From Mobula hypostoma (Eukaryota), in assembly GCF_963921235.1 (NCBI RefSeq), contig NC_086097.1, positions 40,736,001 through 40,800,000 on the forward strand: DNA of 64,000 nucleotides, written 5' to 3'. Both the position numbers and the translations under genes were made by a program. Positions 13,632 to 26,462 of the stretch are shown here, in pieces. Each line of letters opens with the position of its first letter. Position 1 is the stretch's first letter. The notes beneath the pieces were generated by a model, which saw nothing but the letters and a program-made list of their open reading frames with translations, did no database searches and was not told where the DNA came from.

Positions 13632-13857
13632 AGTTATATTTTATAACTCCAGAAATGAATGAAAAGAAAAACACCAGAGCTGGGATGATGGTCTGCTTAG
13701 TTTTTCTTTATTTTAGTAGAGTGCATATGATGTGATGATGCAATGATGAATGCCATTCATGTACTTCTTACATATAATCCATAATGAATTCTGTGAACAA
13801 AGAATGCTTAATCAAACAATATATTGACAACATTATTCAAATATTGAATACATTGCA
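13632..13857 (-). repeat. Gypsy 5' LTR
   Basis: Homologous to 7026-7587; the outer end ...cattgCA is followed by TSD GGTAG. Confidence 0.8.
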
Positions 13858-14335
13858 GGTAGGGCAGTTGATGCTGCCTATTTGGACCTCAGTAAGGCTT
13901 GGACAATGTCCTGCATGGCGGATGGTCTAGAAGATTAGTTCCATGGAATCCAGGAAGAGCTAGTCAGGTTGATACAAAATTGGCTTGGAGGTAGGAAGCC
14001 ATGGGTGGTGGTTGAAGGTTGTTTCTCAGAATGGAGGTTGCAAGGGTCAGTGTCAAGACATTTGTTACTTACATAAATGATTTGGGTGCAAATATATAAG
14101 TTTGTAGCTGTCACAAAACTAGGAGGGTAATATTGATAGTGAAAATTTTACCATTCAATACATGAGGATCTGGGTCAGTTTGGGAAATGGGTCAAGGAAT
14201 GGCAAATGCATTTCAATACAGATAAGTGTGAGGTGATGTATTTTGGAAACATGTACATTAGGGAGTATAATGGACTGGAAGACTTGGGAGTACAGTGCAT
14301 AATTCTTAATGATAGTTCTTACAGTACAAGATCTT

Positions 14336-15022
14336 AATGATGCCCTCACCCGCACCTCCTCTATTTCTCGCACTTCGGCCCTCACCCCATCCTCCCGTCA
14401 CCACAACAGGGACAGAGTTCCCCCTGTCCTCACCTACCACCCCACCAGCTTCCGGATCCGGCACATTATCCTCCGCAACTTCCGCCACATTCAACAGCAC
14501 CCCACCACTAAGCACATCTTTCCCTCTCCACCCCTCTCCACTTTCCGCAGGGATCATTCCCTCTGCGACTCCCTGGTCCACACGTCCCTCCCCACGGATC
14601 TCCCACCCGGCACTTATCCCTGTAAGCGTAAGTGCTACACCTGTCCCTACACCTCCTCTCTTGCCACCATTCAGGGCCCCAAACAGTCCTTCCAGGTGAG
14701 GCAACACTTCACTTGTGAGTCTGTTGGGGTCATCTATTGCATCTGGTGCTCCCGGTGCGGCCTCCTCTACATCGGTGAAACCCGAGGCAGATTGGGGGAC
14801 CGTTTTGTCGAGCACCTCCGCTCCATCCATCAAAACAGACAGGATCTCCTGGTAGCCACCCACTTCAACTCTGCTTCACATTCCCATTTGGATATGTCCA
14901 TACATGGCCTCCTCTACTGCCATGATGAGGCTAAACTCAGGTTGGAGGAGCAGCACCTCATATACCGTCTAGGTAGTCTCCAGCCCCTTGGTATAAACAT
15001 TGAATTCTCCAACTTCCGGTAA
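14336..15022 (+). pseudogene. Uninterrupted C-terminal part of a PLE ORF (Cys-rich linker plus GIY-YIG endonuclease), lacking RT
   Basis: CKRKCYTC linker and VIYCIxCxxC-LYIGET GIY-YIG signature; 5'-truncated. Confidence 0.85.
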
Positions 15023-15274
15023 TTCCCTTCCCCTCCCGTACCCCATCCCAGTTTCACTCTGCCTCCTCCCCCAGCTGCCTATCACCTCCCTCATGGTTCC
15101 GCCTCCTTCTACTACCCATTGTGCTTTCCTCTATTCCTTCTTCATCTTTCCTGCCTATCCCCTCCCCCACCCCTTTATCTTTCCCCTTACTCGTTTTTCT
15201 CCTGGCACCTACCAGCCTTCTCCTTCCCACCCTCCCCCCACCTACTTTATAGGGCCTCTGCCCCTTCCCTCTTC

Positions 15275-15310
15275 AATCCTGACGAAGGGTTCCGGCCCAA
15301 AACGTTGACT
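15275..15310 (+). ncRNA. Degenerate minimal hammerhead ribozyme motif of PLE (GAAA changed to AAAA)
   Basis: aatc-CTGACGA-a-gggt-tccg-gccc-AAAA-cgtt-gact. Confidence 0.6.
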
Positions 15311-16303
15311 GATCGTTTCCACGGATGCTGCCCGACCTGCTGAGTTGCTCCAGCGTGTTGTGAGTGTTACAGTGCATAGTTTATTGAAAGCAGTGTCACA
15401 GGTAGGCAGGGTGGAGGAAAGCTACATTTAGTATGCTGGCCTTCCTCAGTCAGAATATTAAGATGGGACATTAAGTTACTGTTGTATAATTCATTGATAA
15501 GGCTGGACTTGGAGAACTGTGTACACTCTTTGCCTTACTGATATAGGAAAGATGTGGCTTAACTGGAAAGAGGGCAGAAAAGATTTATGAGGATGTTGCC
15601 AGCACTAGAGGGCCTGATTTATAGAGAAAGGTTTGATAGGCTAGGTCATTATTTCATGAATTTAGAAGAATGGTGGGTGAGTTTATTGAAATGTTGAAAC
15701 TTATGAGCAACATAGAATTGATGGACAGCAACAGTCTTTTCCCTTGAGTACGGGAGTCCAAAACCAGGGAGCATAGATTTAGGGTGAGAGGGGACAGATT
15801 AAAAAAAACCGTGGTTGAGACAGGTACAAATGTGTCATTCAGGAATGACATTTGGATAGGTAAAGCATTAAAGGGACCGGGCCAAATGGAGGAAATTGGG
15901 ATCAGAGTGGGCACCATGGTCAGCATGGACTCATTGAACTAAATAGCCTGTGTTTGTGCTCTGTTGCTCAGTTACTCTATAACCTATTGTGAGAAGTGGA
16001 AGACTTTAGAAATAAGCTTTAAGATTCGGAAATAGTAGTGGGTCAATGAAATAAATAGTTGAAAGAAAAGTCAAAGAAAGAAACAAATGGAAGGCAGTAA
16101 AAATTCAATAATGCTCATTAACGGTGTAAAACAAATGGGACACGATGCTTTAAGGGGATATAAAGGATGAACAGAATTATTTTGTTCTGTATTATTAAGT
16201 GTTGCATAATATGACCAATTACTCATTATTGCAAGTCAAAAAACTGTTGCTGATAACCTGAACTAAAATAGAATATGCTGGAAATACTCAGGAAATATTA
16301 AAA

Positions 16304-18975
16304 TATAGAAACATAGAAAATCTACAGCACAATACAGGCCCTTTGGCCCACAAAGCTGTGCCGAACATGTCCTTACCTTAGAACTACCTAGGCTTATCCA
16401 TAACCCTCTCGCTTTCTAAGCTCCATGTATCCATCCAGGAGTCTCTTAAAAGACCCTATCATTTCCGCCTCCACCACCGTCACCGGCAGCCCATTCCACG
16501 CACTCACCACTCTGTGTAATAAAACTTACCACTGACATCTCCTCTGTACCTACTTCCAAGCACCTTAAAACTATGCCCTCTCGTGCTAGCCATTTCAGCC
16601 CTGGGAAAAAGCCTCTGACTACCCACACAATCAATGCTTCTAGTTATCTTGTACACGTCTATCAGGTCATCTCTCATCCACCGTTGCTCCAAGGAGAAAA
16701 GGCCGAGTTCACTAAACCTATTCTCATTAGGCATACTTCCCAATCCAGGCAACATCCTTGTAAATCTCCTCTGCACCCTTTCTATGGTTTTCACGTCCTT
16801 CCTGTAGTGAGGTGACCAGAATTGAGCACAATACTTCAAGTGGGGTATGACCAGGGTCCTGTATAGCTGCAACGTTACCTCTCGGCTCTTAATCCCATGA
16901 TTGATGAAGGCCAATGCACTGTATGCCTTCTTAACCATAGAGTCAACCTGCGCAGCAGCTTTGAATGTCCTATGGACTCAGACCCCAAGGTCCCTCTGAT
17001 CTTCCACACTGCCAAGAGTCCTGCCATTAATGCTATATTCTGCCAACACATTTGACCTACCAAAATGAAACACCACACACTTACCTGGTTTGAACTCCAT
17101 CTTCCACTTCTCAGCCCAGTTTTGCATCCTATCAGTGTCCTGGTGTAACCTCTGACAGCCCTCCATATTATCCACAACACCCCCAACCTTTGTGTCATCA
17201 GCACATTTACTAACCCATCCCTCCACTTCCTCATTCAGGTCATTTATAAAAATCACAAGGAATAGGGGTCCCAGAACAGATCCCTGAAGCACTCCACTGG
17301 TCACCTACCTCCATGCAGAATATGACCCATCTATAACCACTCTTTGCCTTCTTTGGGCAGGCCAGTTCTGGATCCACAGAGCAATGTCGCTTGGATCCCA
17401 TGTCTCCTTACTTTCTCAATAAGCCTTGCATGTGGTACCTTTTCAAATGCCTTGCTAAAATCCATATACACTACATCTACACTCTACCATCATCAATGTG
17501 TTTAGTCACATCCTCAAAAAATTCAATCAAGCTCATAAGGCATGACCTGCCTTTGACAAAGCCATGCTGACTATTCCTAATCATATTATGCCTCTTCAAA
17601 TGTTCGTAAATCCTGCCTGTCAGGATGTTCTCCATCAATTTATCAACCACTGAAGTAAGATTCACTGGTCTATAATTTCCTGGGCTATTCCTTTTCACTT
17701 TTTTGAATAAGGGAACAACATCCACAACCCTTCAGTCCTCCCAAACCTCTCCTGTCCTCATTGATAATGCAAGGATCATTGCCAGAGGCTCAGCAATCTC
17801 CTCCTTTGCTTCCCACTATAGCCTGGGATACATCCCGTCTGGTCCTGGTGACTTATCCAACTTGACGCTTTCCAAAAGCTCCAGCCCATCCTCTTTCTTA
17901 ATATCTACATTCTCAAGCTTTTCAATCAGCTGCAAGTCATCCCTACAATCGGCTAAGATCCTTTTCCGTAGTGAATACTGAAGCAAAGTGTTCATTAAGT
18001 ACCTCTGCCATCTCCTCCGGTTCCATACACACATTTCCGCTGTCACAATTCATTAATCCTATTCTCTCACATCTTATCCTGTTGCTCTTCACATACCTGT
18101 AGAATGCCTTGCGGTTTTCCTTAATCCTGTCCATTAAGGCCTTCTCATGGTCCCTTCTGTCTCTCCTAATTTCATTCTGAAACTCCTTCCTGCTAGCCTT
18201 ATAATCTTCTAGATCTCCATCATTACCTAGTTTTTTGAACCTTTCATAAACTCTTCTTCTTGACTAAATTTACAACAGCCTTTTGTACACCTCCGTTCCT
18301 GTACCCTACCATCTTTTCCCTGTCTTATTGGAACATATCTACGCAGAACAGCAAGCAAATATCCCCTGAACATTTGACACATTTCTTCTGTACGTTTCTC
18401 TGAGAACATCTGCTTCCAATTCATGCTTCCAACTTCCTGCCTGATAGCCTCATATTTCCTCTTACTCCAATTAAACATTTTCCTAACTTGTCTGTTCCAA
18501 TCCCTCTTCGATGTTATGGTAAAGGAGATGGAATTGTGATTACTATCTCCAAAATGCATTCCCATTGAGAAATCTGACACCTGACCAGGTTCATTTTCCA
18601 ATACCGGATCAAGTACAGCCTCTCCTCTTGTAGGCTTATCTACATGTTGTGTCAAGAAACCTTCCTGAACACACCTGACAAACTCCACCCCATCTAAACC
18701 CTTCACTCTAGGGAGATGCCAATCAATATTTGAGATATTAAAATCTCCCACCACAACAACCCTGTTATTATTTCTCCTTTCCAGAATCTGTCTCCCTATC
18801 TGCTCCTCAATGTCGCTGATACTATTGGGTGGTCTATAAAAAACACCCAGTAGAGTTATTGACCTTCCTGTTCCTAACTTCCACCCACAGAGAATCCGTA
18901 GACAACCCCTCCATGTCTTCCTCCTTTTTTGCAGCCTTGACACTATCCCTGATCAACAGTACCACCTCCTCACCT
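16304..18975 (-). mobile_element. CR1 LINE ORF2 remnant (~2.7 kb, APE endonuclease plus RT), frameshifted
   Basis: LLGVFYRPPNS, VVVGDFN, GDSNHN, DKSPGPDG, NYRPVNLTS, SQHGFVKGRSC, QGSVLGP, ADDTK; (TTCTATGT) tail near 16305. Confidence 0.93.
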
Positions 18976-20134
18976 CTGTTCTCTTTCTACAGATACTGTC
19001 GGATCTTGTCTGACCTGATGAGTTTTCCAGCAGTTTCAGTGTGTATTTCTATTATTTCTGCATGGTTGGAGTGGAACTTGCCAGAGGGTTTTCTGCCTGC
19101 TGTGGAATAAGCATGAAATATATATGTTTTTGATGCACTCCAAGTTATTTTTATTAAAAGATATACTTGGTTTAATTTACTGGCTGTCTTCTGGAATCCT
19201 AAGAGTGACAGAAAGTGATATTAATGCAAAAATCAGAATAAAATAAATATTACAAAAAGTAACTGAGTTTGGGTGTTGGGTCCAGGAGTGTTTAACGATC
19301 ATGGTAGAAAGAAGAGCTTTGGCTTCATTAGAATTGGTGCAAGAGACAGAGGGGTGGGTCTGAGAATTCAGATGACAAGCCGTAGGAAACTTGGGTTTAA
19401 GGTTGTGAGATGGGTGGGTGTGCTCCATGAAAGTAACCCAACTACATTTGTAACTAAGTTTTTCAATGTTCTCTAGATTGGTTTAACAATTGTGTATTTT
19501 TTTACACTGGAATATTTTGCGTACTTTATTTTCTATCTTAAAGACCTACATATCAAGGAGTGGTCAGAGTATAATCCTTAGTTCATTGTGCAGTTTTCCA
19601 GTTGTGAATATTGGCTTCATAAAGTGAAATATATCTGTACTTTCACACCTGATTGATTTTAAAGCTCCTTCATCCCCTTTGGTGTGTTGTCTGACTGCCA
19701 ATATTGTCTAATAAACCCATTTATTTTATGAGTTACAATGAGTAAGGAGTGGCCCTCTGCAAAATACTTGAAGTGGCTCCTTGTTCATTCATTAGGAATT
19801 AGAAAGACTAAACCTGCAGTGCATTTTCAGATAATTTATTTAATTTAAAAAACTCTTCCATGTAACAAAAATGTACCTGGAGGAAACTTTAAAGAATGAA
19901 CTACTTCATAGTCTTTTAAATGCATTTTCTTTTTCTGTAGTCTTTTTCCCTGTGAAAATAATTTTCATGTTTACAGAAGTATTAAGGTGAGCCAAACTGA
20001 GCAGTTATTTTATTAGAAATTTATCTTGATATTCTTTGCTGGGAATCAAATTTAAAAATAATTACTTTTGTTGAACTTAGCATTGCTTGAACTTTCAAAA
20101 TTCTTCGCCCACCACCTTATTACAGTTAGTAAAA

Positions 20135-20930
20135 TTCAAAGTAAATAGATTATCGAAGTATATGTTGCCATATGTTGCCCTGAGATTCATTTTCTTTTCG
20201 GCATTCACGGTAGACACAAAGAAATATAATAGAATCAATGAAAATTACACACAAAGACTGACAAATAACCAATGTGCAAAAGAATACTCACTGTGGTAGT
20301 ACAAACAAAAGAATAATAATAATTAAATAAATAATGCTGAGAACATGGGTTATGGAGTTCTTGAAAGTGAGTCCAAAGGTTGTGAAATCAGTTCAGCATT
20401 GAGGTGAGTGAAGTTATCCAGGCCGGTTCAGGAGCCTGGTGGTTGAAGAGCATTAACTATTCCTGAACCTGGTGATGTGCGTTCTGAGGCTCCCGTACTT
20501 CCTTTCTGATGACAGCAGTGAGAAGAGAGCGTGGCCTTGATGGTGTATTTTCTTGATGATGATGCTGCTTTCTTGCGGCAGCGTTCCTTGTAGATGCGGT
20601 CAATGGACTGAGATGTATCCACTCCTTTTCGAAGGCTTTCCTGTTGTTAGGTGTTGGTGTTTCCTTACCAGACCACAGTGCAACCAGCCAGCATACTCTG
20701 AGCAAACTCTTAAGAAAGTACAGGCACCTTTGTGCCTTCTTTGTAATGGTATTTACGCACTGGTCGCAGGACAGATCTTCTAAGATGATAACACAAAAGA
20801 ATTTAAAGTTAATGATCCTCTACACCTCTGAACACTTAATGAGAGCTAAATCATGGACTGTCAATTTCTTCTTCCTATAGTCAATAATCTAGTCTTTGGT
20901 TTTGCTGATGTTAAGTGAAAAGTTATTGTT
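20135..20930 (-). mobile_element. Rex1/Babar-type LINE 3' remnant
   Basis: IYKERCRKKAAS and KTKD..IDYRK motifs; Rex-type 3' UTR gccgaaaagaaaatgaatctcagggc. Confidence 0.75.
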
Positions 20931-21321
20931 CTATATCATTATTTCCTTTAAAAAAGTATTGTTTGCATTGTTGATAGAAATGTATAAAAGGCAGCACTGC
21001 AATTAATATGTGGGATTGTAGCCGTGAGTTTCATCAGGCTGAGCCACAACCAATTACATTATAAGCTATTTGTTTGAAAGCAATGCTCTCTTCATTAAAA
21101 GGGATGTGGTGAAATCTTAACTCTCAGAGAGATACAAATCTTTGGAATCCTTCCTGAAAGGGTAGTGAAAGCAAAGTGAATGTTTTAGGGCAAATGCAGA
21201 TAATTCTTGATATGCAAACAGTAAAAGGTTTCCACTATAGGTGGGTATACAAAGAGATTTCAATTAGATTGTTCGTGGTCATGTTGAATAGAAGAGCAGG
21301 CTTGAGAGTGTAACTTATGAA

Positions 21322-22425
21322 TTGAATTGCCTTTGTTACGTACATCCTTCACATACATGAGGAGCAAAAATCTTTATGTTACATCTCCATCTAAATGTGC
21401 AATGTGTAATTTATAGTAATTTATAAAAAATAGCATGTACAACAGGACAGTCAAAATAACATTGAAATACAGTTGTGTCAGCATGAATTAATCAGTCTGA
21501 TGGCTTGGTGCCAGAAGCTGTCCCGGAGCCTGTTGGTCCTGGTTTTTATGCTGCGGTACTGTTTCCTGGATGGTAGCAGTTGAAACAGTTTGTTGTTGGG
21601 GTGACTCGGGTCCCCAATGATCCTTCAGGTCCTTTTTACACACGTCTTTGTAAATGTCCTGAATAGTGGGAAGTTGACATCTACAGATGCGCTGGGCTGT
21701 CCGCACCACTCTCTGCAGAGTCCTGCGATTGAGGGAAGTACAGTTCCCATACTAGGCCGTGATGCAGCCAGTCAGGATGCTCTCAACTGTGCCCCTGTAG
21801 AAAGTTCTTGGGATATGGGAGCCCATAGCAAACTTCTTCAACCTTCTGAGGTGAAAGTGGCGCTGTTGTGCCTTTTTCACCACACAGCCAGTATGTACAG
21901 GATACGTGAGATCCTCGGTGACGTTTATGCCGAGGAACTTAAAGCTGTTCATCCTCTCAACCCCAGATCCATTTATGTCAATAGGGGTTAGCCTGTCTCC
22001 ATTCCTCAAGTAGTCCACAACCAGCTCCTTTGTTTTATGACGTTGAGGGAGAGGTTGTTTTCTTGACACAACTGTGTCAGGGTGATGACGACTTCTCTGT
22101 ACGCTGTCTCACTATTATTTGAGATTAGGCCAATCAGTGTAGTATCGTTAACAAATTTAATTAGCAGATTGGAGCTGTGGGTTGCAACACAGTCATGGAT
22201 ATACAGAGAGTAAAGGAGGGGGCTTAGGACAGAGCCCTGAAGGGTACCTGTGTTGAGGGTCAGAGAGACAGAGGTGAGGGAGCCCACTCTTACCACCTGC
22301 TGGCGATCTGACAGGAAGACCAGGATCCAGCTACACAAGGCAGGGTGAAGGCCAAGTTCTCTGAGCTTCTTGTCATGCTTGGAGGGAATTATGGTGTTGA
22401 ATGCTGTACTGTAGTCCAAGAACAG
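21322..22425 (-). mobile_element. Rex1/Babar-type LINE RT fragment
   Basis: LFLDYSTAFNTIIP, GTLQGSVLSPLLYSLY, KFVNDTTLIGLI, FKFLGINV, KKAQQRHFHLRRLKK; (CAATT) tail. Confidence 0.9.
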
Positions 22426-23739
22426 TGTGACAGAGGGACTAAGGGCAAATATAAGGACTAACATTTGTCAGTTAGATTAATAAACATTAATCATGGTCAG
22501 GTTGCAAGGTTCTGATTAGATTAGTTGAGATTTCTGCCATACTACATCTGACATTGTCAGATTCTGTACAGGGTTCAGTTGAAGAAGCTGGCAATGGATT
22601 GTTTCAATGTAAAAGTACCTTTACTGCTTAGTGTAGTGATAGTGGAGTCTCTGTATGAAGAAGTGTCACCAGTAGGCTTTCTCTTTCCAATGTTATTTCT
22701 GATCCTGTAACTTAATACTTAGATTGAGATATAAAGCACAATTTAGGAAGTCAAACCAACAAGCAGACTGAGAATTGAAAGGAAAAGGAACACTCCTTAT
22801 ATGATGCCAAATCTGCAGGTTGATTCGGTTGGACTGTAAGAGTTAAAGTTGTAAGAGTGGAAGGAAGAGAAGTACATTTTGCAGCAAGCTTTGATTTCAA
22901 TGTGATAAATGTATCCTTGAGATGACAGGATATGGGATGGTGCATTCACAGCAAAATGGAAGCCAGAGCAGGAAGCTTAAAAAAAGACTGTTAATTGTGT
23001 TCACAAAATGATTGGCGAGGTTGTTTCATGATGAGAAATGCCTTGAATTTGAAATTCTCACTTTGTGTTTTCAAGCTCACCCTCAGTCCTCCTATCACCC
23101 TAATCTCCTTCAGTCATAGAATCATCCCTGGACCACTCAACTTCTCCATTTGTGGTCATCCCAGAATGTGCTTGTCCTATTGCTCTGTGTTTAGCTGCTG
23201 AGGACCTAAACACTGGAAATGTCACACTCAGACTCTTCATTCTTTGAGCTGCTCCTTAAAACACACCCAGCTACTTGGACATTTGTACACCTACGTTCAT
23301 ATCTCCTTATCTTGTTCTGAGCCAAAGTTTATTCTCTGAAGTACTCCAGGGTGCTTTGCTTTGCCCATGCGAATGCAAATTTAGCTTGTTTGCTCTCATC
23401 TCCACTTTTCTACTGCAAAATAACAACAGTACTGACTCCCATTGATATAATGCCCTTCATTTAAAGAGAGCATCCATAAATATACAATTTCCCTTCATCT
23501 TAACATGGAGTGGAATTGTGAGAATGATTCTAAAAGATTTGTCCCATTGTTGTGAAATCTCATACTGATCTGTGCTTCAAAACCTCTCAAGGGGAAGGGA
23601 AATATTTTCAATAATAGAATAAATGTAAGAAAATGTTATTCATAAGAAAATAATAATGTGTTAACTGAAGCAATTTTCTAACTACCACTGTTGCAAGGTG
23701 TCCTGTTAAGTGAGTGGTTTACATTGTTTACATCTTTAG

Positions 23740-24842
23740 TTCAAAGTAAATTTACAATCAAAGTACATATGTACCTGTATGTTACAAGATACAATCCAGA
23801 GATTAATTTTCTTGCAGACATTCACAGTAAATTCAAGAAACACGATATAATCAATGAAAAACCACACTCAACAGGATTGGCAAAGAATCACTATGCAAAA
23901 GACAATAAACTGTGCAAATACAAAAAGAAACAAGGACCGATAGATAAATAAACAAACAAACAAACAAACAAGCAAGCAATGTAAATTGAGAACACGAGAT
24001 GAAGAATCCTTGAAAGTGAGTCCATATGTTGTGGGAACACTTCACTGATAGGGCAAGTGAAGTTAAGCGAAGTTGTCCGCTCTGGTTCAAGAACCTGATG
24101 GTTGAGGGGTAATAACCATTCCTGAATCTGATGATGTGTGTCCTGAGGCTCCTGTACCTTCTTCCCGATGGCTGCAGCAAGAAGAGAGCATGGCCTGGAT
24201 GGTGAATGCTGCTTTCCTGTGACAGTGCTCCATGCTCAGTGGTGGAGAGAGCTTTACTCACGATGGACTGAGCTGTATCCATTACTATTGTGGCCTTTCT
24301 GTTCAAGGGCACTGGTGTTTCCATACCAGGTCGTGATGCAGCCAGTTATTATAGTCTTCACCGCACATCTATAGAAGCTTGTCAAAGTTTTAAAATGGCA
24401 TACTGAATCTTCTCAAACTTCCAAGGAAATAGAGGTGCTGCTGTGCTTTCTTCGTAATGGCACTTACCTGCTGGACCTAGGACAGATCCTCTGAAACGAT
24501 AACATCGGGGAATTTCCAACTCTGATCCCTGAATGAGGACCGGCTCATGGATCTCTGGTTTCCTCCTTATGAAGTCAATAATCAGCTTCTTGGTCTTGCT
24601 GACATTGAGTAAGAGGTTGATGTTGTGGCACCACTCAGCTAGAATTTGAATCTCTGTCCTATAGTCTGATTCATTGCCACCTTTGATTTGGCCAACCACA
24701 GTGGTGTCATCAGCAACCTTATTGTGGCATTGGAGCTGTGCTTAGCCTCACAGTTGAAAGTATAAAGAGAATAGAGCAGGAGGCGAGGCACACAGCCTTG
24801 TGGTTCCCCCGTGCTGATAAGGATGGTGGAGGAGATGTTGTC
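23740..24842 (-). mobile_element. Rex1/Babar-type LINE RT fragment
   Basis: AEWCHNINLLLNVSKTKKLIIDF and HPGHALFLLQPSGRRYRSLRT; (AAAC)n in the 3' UTR. Confidence 0.85.
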
Positions 24843-25083
24843 AAGCAGAATGAATCTGATTTTTAATTCAAGGTAACTTTAATAGACATATTGTGGGATT
24901 TGCAAGAATTACAGTGTTTGCATTTTGTTCCTGGAACTTCAGTGAATTTAATTTTCGGGGAAGACTGCATTTTGTGCATCCTTGTCGGAAAATGTATTTG
25001 GAACTAAGAATAGAATAAACTGGAAACACCAACTGGGTTAAGCAGCATCTATGAAGCGAGAAACAGAACCAGTATTTCAGCTT

Positions 25084-25855
25084 CAAGTCAAGTCAAGTCA
25101 AGTCAAGTCACTTTTTGCTGTCATTTCGACCATAACTGCTGGTACAGTACACAGTAAAAACAAAACAATGTTTTTCAGGACCATGGTGCTACATGAAACA
25201 ATACAAAAACTACACTGAACTACGTAAAACAACACAAAAACTACACTAGACTACAGACCTACCCAGGACTGCATAAAGTAAACAGAACAGTGCAGGCGTT
25301 ACAATAAATAATAAACAAGACAATAGGCACAGCAGAGGGCAGTAGGTTGGTAGTCCAATGGCTTGGGGGAAAACTGTTACATAAATAAACAGCTGAATGG
25401 CGGCGTCCAGGATCAAGTCCATTTCTGTACTCCCGCCGAGTATTTGGTTGGAGTCGGATGTAGTCCAGTTTAATGTCCATTGGAGAGCAGAATGGACGGG
25501 ACAGCCGGTTGGCTACGGCTTGCTTTTTTCCTGGCATGGACTCCTGTCCACTTGCCTCGCTTCTGCTTCCTCACACACCGCTTACGACGTCCCCACCTCC
25601 GGCCACTGGCATCAGGCGACTCCGAGGACTGTAGGCCCAATCCCCTCAGCAAGCCGAGGTTGCGTAATTTAACCAGCAAATCCTCGTAAAGGTTTGTTTT
25701 TGGGCGATCTCTGTATTGTAGCAGTATCTGGAGATGGTAGATAGTCGCCCTGTTATCCATTGCCCTAAACCCTAATTGTGCCTTAAAATTAAATTAAAAA
25801 ATTATATTAAAGTAGCACCAGATCCAGAAGGCCGCAGCTGCCGTGCCACGCTGCC
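25084..25855 (-). mobile_element. Internally deleted Rex1-type element retaining both 5' end and 3' tail
   Basis: (CTTGA)n tail at 25084-25110. N-terminal basic motif RKQKRGKWTGVHAR...PAVPSILLSN followed by KLDYIRLQ is fused to the terminal NSF motif and 3' UTR. Confidence 0.7.
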
Positions 25856-26462
25856 TGCTGAAAAGCTTGTGACACTCTAGGTCTTGGACATGAAACATTT
25901 CCTCTCATTCTCTTTCCACCGATGCCAGCTGACCTTCTGACTGTTTCCGGCAGGTTCTGTTTGTATTTCAAATTCCAGTATGTGAAGTCCTATTGATTAT
26001 TGGATTAATTCCACTAAACCAGCAGCTGGTCCTGCTAAGCTCTGAGGCTTTGGCTAGCTGACGGAGAACTCACTTTCGATGATTACTGGTCATCACATTG
26101 CACAATTGCACAAGCTGAACTCTGGGTCAAGTAAAGATGCTTTGGGTGATGATGACCTTCTCTCTGGGGTCAAGTATCATGACAAAGACTGACTAACTTT
26201 GCTGTAGAAAACGTGACTTCCGAAATGTGGCTAGCTGCAGAAATAATAGTACACAAATATTATTGCACAGAAATGTCATTAAATAAAGATGTAAATGTTT
26301 AAGATCATATGCAAGGGGATAAGGAAGAGATAGTTCCTCCACAATTGACTGTAGAATTATGAAACCTACCCGAAATGTTCTCTTTTAAAGGGCTTCATTG
26401 GATACTGATTGTTTTATGCTCTTGCCTGCAGATAATAATAAGGCATGTCACAGGCGAGAGAG

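Larger units (their letters stand above)
7026..13857 (-). mobile_element. Full-length but decayed Gypsy/Ty3 LTR retrotransposon with 5-bp TSD GGTAG
   Basis: Two homologous LTRs (7026-7587 and 13632-13857) with outer TG...CA ends. GGTAG at 7021-7025 and 13858-13862. Minus-strand fragments in order: gag (EHCQFNDGLDEALRDHLVCG, CxxC knuckle remnant), RT (FSKLDLAEAY), RNase H region (SFLGFVNYY, LACHASHYGIG), integrase (INVDFAGP, VVDAATKWPEV, DNGQQ). All are frameshifted. Confidence 0.9.
14302..15367 (+). mobile_element. 5'-truncated Penelope-like element (GIY-YIG endonuclease plus 3' pLTR), 11-bp TSD TACAGTGCATA
   Basis: ORF 14309-15022 has FTCESVGVIYCIWCSRCGLLYIGETRGRLGDRFVEH and LEEQHLIYRLGSLQPLGIN. 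TSD at 14291-14301 and 15368-15378. Confidence 0.92.
6640..15970 (+). mobile_element. Old CR1 LINE RT remnant in three pieces (~6640-7025, 13858-14301, 15368-15970), split by Gypsy and Penelope insertions
   Basis: Decayed motifs DKSPGSD, ANV..LLKKGNKDKPEN and KSCL; G-R-AVDAAYLDLSKA resumes exactly across the Gypsy; DKCEVMYFG; the third piece carries the C-terminal motifs and 3' UTR. Confidence 0.8.

Noticed and set aside
14306..14863. 185-aa minus-strand ORF and similar shadow ORFs (7890-8273, 27195-27599, 59370-59942)
   Set aside because: These are antisense frames of PLE, Rex or CR1 coding sequence with no independent coding evidence.
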